Source: Squalus acanthias (Eukaryota). Taken from it: a stretch of DNA of 64,000 bases. Position 1 is the stretch's first letter. Every line of letters begins with the position of its first letter. Location of the stretch: positions 99,202,001 through 99,266,000 of the forward strand of contig CM059432.1 in assembly GCA_030390025.1 (NCBI GenBank), in the 5' to 3' direction. Under the pieces are notes generated by a model. That model was not told where the DNA came from. It made no database searches and was given only the letters and a program-made list of their open reading frames with translations. This document shows, piece after piece, positions 26,092 to 37,499 of the stretch. A program made the translations under genes and the position numbers.

Positions 26092-26362
26092 GGGGGAAAA
26101 ATTGGGTTGCTTTGTGCAGGGGTGGGAGGCCTGCAGTACCGCGCGCTACGTGCTGAGACGCGTGGCTCTGTTGCACGTAGCACCGTGATATTCAGTTGTA
26201 GTCCCCCAGGAAGGAAATGGAGTGCTTCCAGTAGCGCCCCACCTCCTGCACGGGGCGCTATCACTGAATTTACGGCGCAGGGGCACTAACCTTTTCAGGG
26301 CGCTAAAAGTAGTGTCCCGGTGAAGTTAGCGCCCCCAAGGGGTCGCCACCGAATTTCTCCCC
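26092..26362. mobile_element. Harbinger MITE, deleted relative of 61207-61878
   Basis: GGGGGAAAATT...GAATTTCTCCCC; 26120-26320 aligns with 61620-61830. Confidence 0.85.
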
Positions 26363-26371
26363 TCTAAGATC

Positions 26372-28290
26372 TAGGGTAGTGCAGTTGATGTAGTCTACAT
26401 GGACTTCAGTGAGGCTTTTGACAAAGTCCCACATGGGAGACTGGTCAAGAAGTTAAGAGACCATGGGATCCAGGGCAATTTGGCACATTGATCCAAAATT
26501 AGCTTAGTGGCAGGAGGCAGAGGGTGATAGTCGAAGGTTGTTTTTGCGACTGGAAGCCTGTGTCCAGCGTGTACCGCAGGGATCGGTGCTGGGTCCTTTG
26601 CTGTTTGTAGTGTACATTTATGATTTAGAAATGAATGTAGGAGGTATGATCAGTAAGGTCGCAGATGACACGAAAATTGGTGGAGTGGTAAATAGCGAGG
26701 AGGGAAGCCTCAGGCTACAGGACGATATAGATGGGTTGTCCAGATCCAAGGTCGTCCCATCCTCTGTCGTCGAATTACAGTATGCAGACTTGCGTCTGCG
26801 CTCACTCGGAGGTCGAACTCCAAACCATCGTCAACACCTTCACCGAAGCGTACGAGAGCATGGGCCTTACACTAAACATCCGTAAGACAAAGTTCCTCTA
26901 CCAACCTGCCCCCGCCACACAGTACTGCCCCCCGATTATCAAAATCCACGACAAGGCCTTGGACAACGTGGACCACTTTCCATACCTCGGGAGCCTACTG
27001 TCAACAAGGGCAGACGTCGACGACGAAGTCCAACACCGCCTTCAGTGTGCCAGTGCAGCCTTCGGTCGCCTGAGGAAGAGAGTGTTTGAAGACCAGGACC
27101 TCAAACCTGGCACTAAGCTCATGGTCTACAGAGCATGCAGTGATACCCGCCCTGCTGTATGCCTCAGAGACATGGACCATGTACAGCAGGCACCTCAAAG
27201 CACTGGAGAGGTACCACCAACGCTGCCTCCGCAAGATCCTGCAAATCCATTGGCAGGATAGGAGCACCAACGTCAGTGTTCTTGCTCAGGCCAACATCCC
27301 CGGCATCGAAGCTTTGACTAAGCTCGGTCAGCTCCGATGGATGGGTCACATTGTCCGCATGCCCGATACGAGACTCCCAAAACAAGCGCTCTACTCGGAG
27401 CTCCGGCACGGCAAGAGAGCCCCAGGTGGGCAGAGGAAACGCTTCAAGGACACCCTCAAAGCCTCCTTGAAAAAGTGTAACATCCCCACCGACACCTGGG
27501 AATCCCTGGCCCAAGACCGCACAAAGTGGAGGAGAAGCATCCAGGAAGGCGCCGAACACCTCGAGTCTCTTCGCCGGGAGCAAGCGGAAGCCAAGCGCAG
27601 GCAGCGCAAGGAGCGCACGTCAACCCAAGCAACCCACCCACCTGCCCCTTCAACCACCGTCTGCCCCACCTGTGACAGAAACTGTAGGTCCCGCATTGGA
27701 CTCATCAGTCACCTGCGAACTCATTTTTAATGTGGAAGTAAGTCACCCTCGTTTCCGAGGGACTGCCTAAGAGAGAAGAGAGAGACACTATAGGAAGGAT
27801 GTGATTGCATTGGAGAGGGTGCAGAGAGTTTCACCAGGATGTTACCTGGCGTGGAGCTATGAAGAGAGACTGGACAGGCTGGGGTTGTTTTCCTTAGAGC
27901 AGAGAAGGCTGAGGGGGGACCTGATTGAGGTGTACAAAATTATGAGGGGCATAGATAGGGTAGATAGAAAGGAACTTTTCCCCTTAGTAGAGGGGTCAAT
28001 AACCAGGGGGCATAGTTTCAAGGTAAGGGGCAGGAGGTTTAGAGGGGATTTGAGGAAAAACTTTTTCACCCAGAGGGTGGTTGGAATCTGGAACTCACTG
28101 CCTGAAAGGGTGGTAGAGGCAGGAACCCTCACAACATTCAAGAAGCATTTAGATGAGCACTTGAAACGCCATAGCATACAAGGCTACGGACCAAGTGCTG
28201 GAAAATGGGATTAGAATAGACAGGGCTTGATGGCCGGCATGGACACGAGGGGCTGAAGGGCCTCTTTCTGTGCTGTATAACTCTATGACA
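26372..28290 (+). mobile_element. CR1 LINE 3' part, split by RTE insertion (CR1 at 26372-26735 and 27786-28290)
   Basis: [28 protein letters not shown]-terminal RRLRGDLIEVYKI...GYGPSAGKWD*; tail CTCTATGACACTAT. Confidence 0.93.
26736..27785 (+). mobile_element. RTE-clade (BovB-like) LINE, 5'-truncated
   Basis: ELQYAD, GLTLNIRKTK, FPYLGS, LLYASETW, QLRWMGHIVRM, C-terminal CPTC..C.SRIGLISHLRTH zinc finger; GA-rich tail. Confidence 0.93.
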
Positions 28291-28477
28291 CTATTTCCCC
28301 CATAATGACTCTATTACAACAGAGAAATTCCATCAGTTTAAACCATGGTTATTTATCTCTCTCAGGAGTTTAAAAGTGAAAGCTCACAACATTACAAAAA
28401 GTGCTAACTTTTAAATTATTTCTAAAAGTTTTTACATGATTTTCAGTATAGATGACGTATTGAATGAAAAAATCAAT

Positions 28478-28642
28478 GGCATAGATCTTGACATTGTAAA
28501 ATGGGTGATAATGAGTTGGCAGCCCGTTTTACACCTCTCCTGATTTTTGAAGTCAATGGAAATAGAATTCAGGAGAGATTTAAAAGAGGCTGCCAATTCG
28601 CTATTACCCATTTTAAACTATCGCACGGTTAAAATCTACACC
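28478..28642. mobile_element. Palindromic ~160-bp Harbinger MITE
   Basis: GGCATAGATCTTGAC...TTAAAATCTACACC; homologous to 47741-47892. Confidence 0.8.
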
Positions 28643-28646
28643 AAAT

Positions 28647-30385
28647 GGCCGCAATTTTACTTACCTCGGCAGATCCGTGGTGGGCAGTGTTGGTGGCAGG
28701 TTGCAGCCCTGCTGTTGGCGCCATCCCGCTCTGTGAAGTGACTTTCCGTTGATTGGGCTTGTTAAGCCCGCCCAGCGCATTTCCCGGGCCAATTAGAGGA
28801 AGCCGGTCTGGTGACGTCATTTGATGACACGTCATCAGCCGGTTTCCTTAAAGGGACCATGGCCAAATTTATCTTCACATTGTGCTGTCAGTGTTCTACA
28901 GCATTGAGGTGCTGCAAACACTGACAATCACTGCACAGATGCATAGGGGTGCACCCAGGTTCTTCTGTGACTTCCTCCATATGCTTATGGAGGGAGTCAC
29001 ATCATGCAGGGAGGTTCTCTTCCCTTCCCATGGGCAGATGAGACCTCCCCAGGAGACATAAACAGCCTGGTTGCACATTGCAGAGGAGGGCAGAGGCAAG
29101 GATGTCGTCAGGAGGACCAGGCTGCAAGGCCGCAAACTTTTCAATGATCTCAGTAGATCACAAAACGTTACTGCAAAGCCATACTCAACCTCATTCTGCT
29201 GTGCTACTCATCACATCCCCATCATTCTGCCTTCCCTACCCTACTCCTGCACATCCTTACTCACACTACCTTACCTTGCACCTTCACCCATCACTCTCTC
29301 TCTATCTATATTATCACATCCCCATCTCACTAGCCACCCCTCATACTCCCCTCATCCTAGTGCAATCATACCAACTAACAACACACAAGGGTAGGCACTT
29401 GAGTGTTTTATCCAATGTTCATGTAAATTTCTGTTAATGTGCTGTCAATGGACAGATTTGTGTTCACCTTTGGAAGTGGCTTAGTGAGTTGCAGTGAATG
29501 GTGAGACATAACAGTAGCCCCGCATTGGTGATGAGTGTGAAAGGAATGGCTTGGACATTGTAGGGGTGCTTTATGGTGTTGGGTGGGGTGGTGCCAACCT
29601 GAAGCATTAAGTGGCAGCCAAGGTGTACAGCATCAAGTGAAGTAAATCTGGCCATGGTGAGGCCATCCCTGGCCTCCTGGGCAGTAATGTGCTCGGGTGC
29701 TGATGCCCTGTGTCCTGTGCAGCATCAGGTGATTGCGGAGAAGTTTGGTGTAGTTGTTGGTGCTGCTGGTGTGCCTGGTGCTGCTGGTGTTGGGGCTGAT
29801 CGTGAGGACCAAGGTGAAACAGTATAAATGGTACCGATGCTGATGGAATAGATGGCAGGTGAAGTTGCGATGACAGAAGCAAGCTGTCAATGGTGAGAGA
29901 GGTTGTTCCAATGAGATGACATTGGATAGAGAGTTTGCTCCAAACACTTGCAACCTGCATAAAGCTCAATCTGTCTTCCAAATGCAGTAAGCAACAGCTT
30001 CCGAGCTTGGAAAGTGACAGCTGTGAGGTGGGAGCTTTTATAGCACATTTCAAGCTGTCAAGTAATCAGCTCATTCAATGGCCATTCAACTCTCGCCTCA
30101 GCTTAACAGACATGATCCCCAAGCAACGTGGACCCCATGGGTGAGCAGTTAAAGAGAAAAGGTAAGGTTAAATGTATTATTAATGATCTGTCAACAAGGC
30201 AATAATTAGCTTAATTGGGTCCCCCGCCGCTGCGTGTCGGGTTTGCTCAGCGCTGACAGATCCGACGTTGGGAAAGGCGCGTGGCGACGGCTTGACAGTG
30301 GGGTCCCGACCCGCTGTCCAAAAAACCCTCTTCTCACCCGACCCGCCACCGATCCCGCCCGCTGAACCCTCGGAAAATTCCTGCC
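28647..30385 (+). mobile_element. 1.7-kb non-autonomous Harbinger (copy 1)
   Basis: TIR GGCCGCAATTTT...GAAAATTCCTGCC; TSD AAT/AAT; Myb exon-1 remnant ~28940-29165; Gln/His-rich transposase N-terminal remnant on - ~29690-29840. Confidence 0.9.
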
Positions 30386-31919
30386 AATGTTTCTAAAAAT
30401 TCTGAAGGAAGCAACAAGTTTCAGAAGCACTGATTTTTCATTTAATACTTTATATATTTACAAATCAATTAAGGTTATTGTAGAAAAGTGGTAGAAATTT
30501 TCATGATCATTCCAATAATTTTCTACAAAGCTTTATTTGATTTATGTATATAAATCAGTGCTTCTGAAACATACTGCTTCCGTAAAAGAATTTGAAGCAT
30601 TAACTTTTTCATTTAATACTTTCTGATCATGATACCATAATGAAATGCTTCGAAAAAAGTGGTTTCATAATTAATATTGATACTCCAAACTTTACTTGTT
30701 AATGTCGATCATCGTTCATCAATAAATAGGATTGTTATGAAACAAAAATTGTTAAGAAACTCTATATATAAGCAAGAAAAGAAATGAATGAAAGGGGGCA
30801 TTAGAAAAAGCTGTGATCAGTTAAACATAGGGGAAAGTTTACTGGTATGTGAGATCGGTCAAAAGAACTTTCTTAAACCAGCAGAGACCTACTAAATTAA
30901 ACCAGATGCATAACCTGCAGAACCTTGCATGATTGTGGAAATGAACACTTTGAATGGATAACTTCCTTTAAAACACAAAGCCAATCGATGACTTGATCCA
31001 TCAAATCATAGCTTCACAATCTGGGGTTTCCAGACTCTATGGAGCCAGCCAGCGGAGTCTCCAGTTTCAAAAGATGTCTGTCTATCTGACATCAGATTCT
31101 GCATTTGTTTTGTATTTGTTGACTTCCCTTTGGTCTTGTTTATACCAGATTAGTCCGATTGGAAATTTGGACAGCCCTGCCACGATCACCTTGACATTAA
31201 TTTCAATTTTAAAGGTCAGAAGATCCAACGCAGAAAATTAGCCCATAGGCACAGCTCCAGAAAATAACAACATTAAACAAATGAAAGAGTCACCAACTGA
31301 CAATGACTTTTTTCCAACTGCTGACATTACAAAGTTGGGACGATGTGGTGAAATTCATCTTAAAACCTTGGTAACTCAAACCTCAATCAAAAGCTCTGTC
31401 AAAGCCTCATACCTCCTTTGATCTTGTCACTGTGAAGTCTCAAAGCAGGAACTTCAATGAGAAAAGATGTAAGAAACAGACCCACATCCTGCAGAACTCC
31501 CAACGGTATTTGTAATAAGTTGGTTGACATTGCATGTTACTTGTATATAAATATGCAGTGAGATTAATTAGTTGTAGGAGGGATTTGGATGGCTGCGCTT
31601 ATAGTCAATAGAACAACAACAACTTGCATTTATATAGCACCTTTAATGTAGTAAAACGTCCCAAGGCGCTTCACAGGAGCGTTATCAAACAAACTTTGGC
31701 ACCGAGCCACAAAAGGTGATATTAGGGCAAAGAGGTAAGTTTTAAGGAGCGTCTTAAAGGAGGAAAGAGAGGTAGAAAGACGGAGAGGTTTACGGAGGGA
31801 ATCCCAGGGCTTAGGGACTTGGCAGCTGAAGACACAGCCGCCAATGGTAGAGCGATTAAAATCGCGGATGCTCATGAGTTCAGGATTTGAGGAGCGCAGA
31901 GATCTCGGGGGATTGTAGG

Positions 31920-34171
31920 CACTGTTCCCGCTAATTTTTCTTTCAACTGCGCGGCCCCTTTAAGGGGCTGTGCGGCCCATTCAAATTATCGCACATGTGC
32001 AGTTTTTTCCATTATAAAGCCGTTGAGCAGCCTGCGCAGGACCTCCAGATCATAGAATCATAGAAAGTTACAGCACGGAAGGAGGTCATTTCAGCCCCTC
32101 GTGTCCGCGCCGGCCAACAAAGAGCTATCCAGCCTAATCCCACTTCCCAGCTCTTGGTCCGTAGCCCTGCAGGTTACAGCATCCCAAGTGCACATCCAAG
32201 GACTTTTTAAATGTGGTTAGGGTTCCTGCCTCTACCACCCTTTCAGGCAGTGAGTTCCAGACCCCCACAACCCTCTGGGTGAAGACATTTCCCCTCAAAT
32301 CCCCTCTAAACCTTCCCCCAATTACTTTAAATCTGTGCCCCCTGTTTTTGATCCCTCTGCTATGGGAAATAAGTATTTTCTATCCACTTTATCTATGCCG
32401 CTCATAATTTTATACACCTCAATAAGGTCTCACCTTAGCCTGCTCTGTTCCAAAGAAAACAGACCCAGCCTATCCAATCTTTCCTCATAGCTAAGATTCT
32501 CTACGCAAGGCAACATCCTTGTAAATCTCGTCTGTACCCTCTCTAGTGCAATCACATCTTTCCTGTAATGTGGTGACCAGAACTGCACGCAGTACTCTAG
32601 CTGAGGCCTAACTAGTGTTTTATACAGTTGAAGCATAACCCCCCTGCTCTTGTATTCTATGCCACGGCTAATAAAGGCAAGCATTCCGTATGCCTTCTTA
32701 GCCATCTTATCTACCTGGCCTGCTACCTTCAGGGATCTGTGGACATGCACTCCAAGGTCCCTTTGTTCCTCTACACTACTCAGTGTCCTACCATTTAATG
32801 TGTATTCCCTTTCCTTGTTAGCCCTCCCCAAATGCATTACCTCACACTTCTCCGGATTGAATTCCATTTGCCACTGTTCTGCCCACCTGACCAATTTATT
32901 GATATCTTCCTGCAGTCTACAGCTTCCTTCTTCAGTATCAACCACACAATCGATTTTAGTATCATCTGCAAACTTCTTAATCATATATTCAAGTCTAGAT
33001 CATTGATATATACCACAAAAAGCAAGGGACCTAGTACTGAGCCCTGCAGAACCCCACTGGAACCAGTCTTCCAGTCACAAAAACACCCATCAACCATTAC
33101 CCTCTGCTTCCTGTCTCCGAGCCAGTTTTGAATCCAACTTGACACTTTGCCCTGGATCCCATGGGCTTTTAACTTCGTGACCAGTCTGCCATGTGGAACC
33201 TTATCAAAAGCCTTGCTAAAGTCCATATACACTACATCAAATGCACTACCCTCATCTACCCTCCTTGTTACCTCCTCAAAAAATTCAATCAAGTTTGTCA
33301 GACATGACCTTCCCTTAACAAATCCGTGCTGACTATCCTTGATTAATCCGTGTCTTTCTAAATGAAGATTTATCCTGTCCTTCAGAATTCTTTCCAATAA
33401 TTTTCCCACCACCGAGGTTAGGCTGACTGGCCTGTAATTACTCGGTCTATCCTTTTCTCCCTTTTTAAACAAGGGTACCACATTAGCAGTCCTCCAGTCC
33501 TCCGGCACCACACCTGAAGCCAGAGAGGATTGAAAAATGATGGTCAGGGCCTCTGCTATTTCCTCTTTTGCTTCGCTTAACAGCCTGGGATACATTTCAT
33601 CCGAGCTTGGGGATTTATCCACTTTTAAAGCTGCTAAATCCCTTAATACTTCCTCTCTCACTATGTTTATTTCATCTAATATTTCACACTCCTCCCCCCC
33701 GATAGCAATGTCTGCTTCGCCCCTCTCCTTTGTGAAAACAGATGCAAAGTATTCATTAAAAACCCTACTGACATCTTCCACCTCCACACACAGATTACCC
33801 TCATGATCTCTAATAGGCCCTACCCTTTCTTTAGTTATCCTCTTACTCTTAATATATTTATAAAACATCTTTGGGTTTTCCTTGATTTTACTTGTCAAGA
33901 ATTTTTCATGCTCTCTCTTTGCTTTCCTAATATCGTTTTTAATTGCATCCCTGCACTTTCTGTACTCCTCTAAAGATTCTGAAGTATTTTGCCCTCCCTT
34001 TTTTTCTTTATCCTACCCTGCATGTCTCTAGACATCCAGGGGGCTCTAGATTTGTTAGTCCCACCTTTTTTCTTTAAGGGCACATGTTTGGTCTGAACCC
34101 TCTGGATCTCGTCCTTGAATGCCTCCCACTGCTCTGACATGATTTACCTGCACAGCTTAATGGGAACATTG
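31920..34171. mobile_element. Short hAT-type MITE (31920-32048 and ~34149-34171) containing a CR1
   Basis: TIR CACTGTTCCCGCTAA...TTAATGGGAACATTG; 8-bp TSD ATTGTAGG/GTTGTAGG. Confidence 0.75.
32049..34148 (-). mobile_element. CR1 LINE, 5'-truncated
   Basis: ORFs 33898-32981 and 32984-32430 with RT motifs ([19 protein letters not shown]); tail TCTATGATTCTATGAT on -. Confidence 0.96.
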
Positions 34172-34753
34172 GTTGTAGGACTGGATGAGATCACAGAGAT
34201 AGGGAGAGGCGAGGCCATGGAGGGATTTGAAAACAAGGATGAGGATTTAAAATTGAGGTGTTGCTTAACCAGGAGCCAATGTAGGTCAGCGAGCACAGGG
34301 GTGATGAGTGAACAGGTCTTGGTGAGAGTTAGGACACGGGCAGCAGAGTTTTGGATGACCTCAAGTTTACGTAGGGTGGAATCTGGGGGGCCAGCCAGGT
34401 GTGCATTGGAATAGTCAAGTCTAGGGGTAACAAAGGCATGGATGAGTGTTTCAGCATCTGATAAACTGATGCGGGGCGGAGGCGGGCGGTATTACAGAGG
34501 TGGGAAATAGTCCGTCTTAGTGATGGCGTGGATATGTGGTCGGATGCTCATCTCTACAACCCGCAACTGTAGAAAACCTAATAATTTGATGTACTTCTTT
34601 TGTATGCTGTTGCTCTTGAATGCTTTATTCTCTCTAACTTAACTAGATAAAATAATTAACATAACTATCAATAATCGTGTGAATAAAGACTTTAATTAAG
34701 AGAGCGAGAGAAGCAGTCAGAGACAAAGGTAGGCCTGACTTTTAAGACTCTCT

Positions 34754-35646
34754 GGGGGAAAAAATCAGTTGGTTGCGCCTCCCGTTAGCGTCTTAAGAGG
34801 GCGCTAATGGGGCGCAAAGCATCTAGCGCCCATATGCGGCGGGGTTTGTGCCGCTCGCGAAATTAACTAGACATTTTGCGGCGGCGCTAAACACTACCGC
34901 CATGATCTCCTGCGCCGGCAGATCATGACGTCAGTCGAGTGTGCAACGGCCCGGTATCGCCCCGGAGCAGATATTGAGTGGCGCCCCCTGCCTTACCGCC
35001 TGACGCTAGCAATGACAGGTTGAGGGGAGCGTTCTGCAGTCATGAAGGGAAAGGGGGAGCGCTATTTAAAGGTGACCGCTTCCTGCCTTTTATTGTTGGT
35101 GCCATTTTTGAACTACGCATTCTGAGAGAGAGAGGGAGAGACTTCTGGAGAGATTCAACGTTGTGCGAAGGAGTTTTGGGTACTGAGCAGCACTTTGCAG
35201 GTTCATTTTGATTTGCCATTCCTTGTATCGATTTAGCAGAGACTGTGGGGGCTGCACTCTGAGCTCTTTGCCTGGTACTCTCCATTGTTCTTTCCAGCAC
35301 ATTTGATGTGCAAGTCTCTCCAGGCCGAAATTCAAGGCTGCAATGAACAGGATGTGGATGGAAAGCAAGAATAACCATCCCCTTTAAGAACTGGCCCGTG
35401 CCATTGTGTGTGTGTTCCATTGCTGACTGACATTACATGAGCTTCGCCAGCGCTCTGAGTTAGCGCCTCACTCCTCAGCCTTTGCGCCTTAAGACAGGTG
35501 TGCAGCGCCTGATTTAGCGCTCCAATCACCTCCCGGGGCGTTAAAAGTCAAGTTTCCAGTCAGTGGCGATAATTAGCACCAGGCGCTAATTTTTGCGCCC
35601 GGACGATATTTGCGCCCCAAATGGGGCGCAACTGAATTTTTCCCCC
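34754..35646. mobile_element. Harbinger non-autonomous element
   Basis: TIR GGGGGAAAAAATCAGTTG...CAACTGAATTTTTCCCCC; flanks TCT/TCC; many TAGCGC-type subterminal motifs. Confidence 0.9.
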
Positions 35647-36153
35647 TCCGGGGGAAGAATTCAGTTGGTTAGCGCCTCCCGTTAGTACCTGGCGGGAGTG
35701 CTAACGGGGCGCTGATGCAGTAGCGCTGAGCCGAGGTGAATCCAGCATTGCATGGCAAATCCGGCCCCTCCGTTGCGCCGCCAATACCAGTTACCACCGA
35801 GGACCTCACCACTAGGCAGATTGTGATGTCAGTGAGCGTGCAACGCTCACTGGGTGCCCAATTTGCCAAATTCATTTTCGCCCCCTGCCTTAGCGCCTCG
35901 CCCCAACAGCGACAGAGAAAGGAGGCGTCAAGCAGGTGGATGCCGGCTCCAGGGGCGGTATTTAAAGGCATCCTCAGTACTGAGTCGCAGCTGTCAGGTT
36001 AGTGGTGTTTTACTGCTTCCTTGTCAGTATGACATTGTGAAACCAATTCATTCAGTCATTTGAAGGTTATTTAGTATCAGGGGTGTTGTGGCTGCTAACA
36101 ATTAGTTACATTTATTCTCACAACATATCAAATTGCTACACTTGGTTACATTA

Positions 36154-37315
36154 ATGGGAGCTGTACTGGCAGTCGACCTCGCCCTCCAGGATCTATGGCG
36201 GAGGGAGCAGAGGCATCGAGAAAGACTGGAACATGTGGCCAGAGGGAGGAGAAGGGCCAATGAGAGCTCTGAACAGGAGGCCTTACTCCCCGATGATATT
36301 CCGAGAGCACTTCTCCTACCTCCAATTAAATGAGGAGCAGTGTATTAGAAGGCTTTGCTTCAGCAAGGAGGTGATCACAGTACTCTGCCACCTCCTGCAA
36401 CCAGACCTCAATCCTCAGATCAGGGTGACCACAGCTCTTTCAGTGGCAGTCAAGGTCACCGTCGCCCTCAACTTCTTCGTCAGCTAATGCTTCCAGTCTG
36501 CAACAGGAGACATAGCTAACATCTCACAGTTCACCGCATCTGGGGTGTCACAGAGGCTCTCTCCAGTAGGAGAAGGGACTATATTGGCTTCCCCATGCAC
36601 CAGAGAGAAGCAGGACGAGCTGTGCCTGTTGATTTGCCAGGATAGTGGGCTTCCCCATGGTGCACGGCATCATTGACTGCTCCCACGTGACTTTGCGGGC
36701 ACCGCAGAACAATCCTGAGATCTTCCATAACCGCAAAGGCTACCACTCACTTAATGTGCAGTTGGTGTGCAACCACAGACAGCGAATCCTCAATGTGAAT
36801 GTTCACTATCCTGGCAGCAGCTACGATGCCTTCATCCTGTGCCAGACCGGTGTGCCAGCACTCTTCCAGCCACCAGGTCAAGCTCGCGGCTGGCTGGTCG
36901 GAGACAAGGGCTATCTGCTCTCCACCTGGCTCATGACCCCCCTCCGCAACCCCAACACTCCTGCCCAGCACTCATATAATGAGAGCCACGCTGCCACCAG
37001 GAACATTATCGAGCAGACCATTGGGGTGCTCAAGCAACGGTTCGGCTCCCTTGACCACTCGGGAGGAGCCCTCGAGTACTCAACTGAGCGGGTGTCCCAT
37101 TTCGTCGTGGTCTGCTGCATGTTCCATAACTTGGCCATCATGAGGGCCCAGCCCTTGCCACCAGGGATTGCGGGACCACCTCAGGAGGAGGAAGAGGGAG
37201 AGGAGGAGGATGAGGAGGAGGACGAGGAGGAACAGAAGCGAGGGAGGAGACAGTCACTCAATCGCCTTCCGCAAGGGCTGTCCATGACCACCTCATCAGA
37301 TTGCGGTTCCAATAA
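36154..37315 (+). pseudogene. Harbinger (HARBI1-like) DDE transposase
   Basis: QCIRRLCFSK, KVTVALNFF, GIIDCSH, NRKGYHSLNVQ, PGSSYDAFIL, GDKGY, IEQTIGVLKQRF, CCMFHN; frameshifts and stops in the 5' half. Confidence 0.95.
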
Positions 37316-37499
37316 ATTAAACCCCAGATCCCCATTGCTAGCCACATTCCTATCATTCCATCCCTGTCGCAGGCCATATCACAGTGCAAAGCTGAAATGA
37401 GAGACACCACAAAATAATCCAAACTGAATTAATAAATTTATCAATAATCAATTAACACATATTTGCAACAACAATATTACTTATTCACCCTTGTGCAAT

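Larger units (their letters stand above)
31612..34555 (-). mobile_element. L2 LINE 3' fragment (31612-31919 and 34172-34555) split by nested insertions
   Basis: LSSFKTLLKTYLF C-terminus; tail GTGAAGCGCCTTGGGAC...ATATAAATGCAAGTTGTTGTTG on -. Confidence 0.85.

Noticed and set aside
36154..37315. Host HARBI1 gene
   Set aside because: Inside TIRs, multicopy in the window and frameshifted, so a transposon pseudogene
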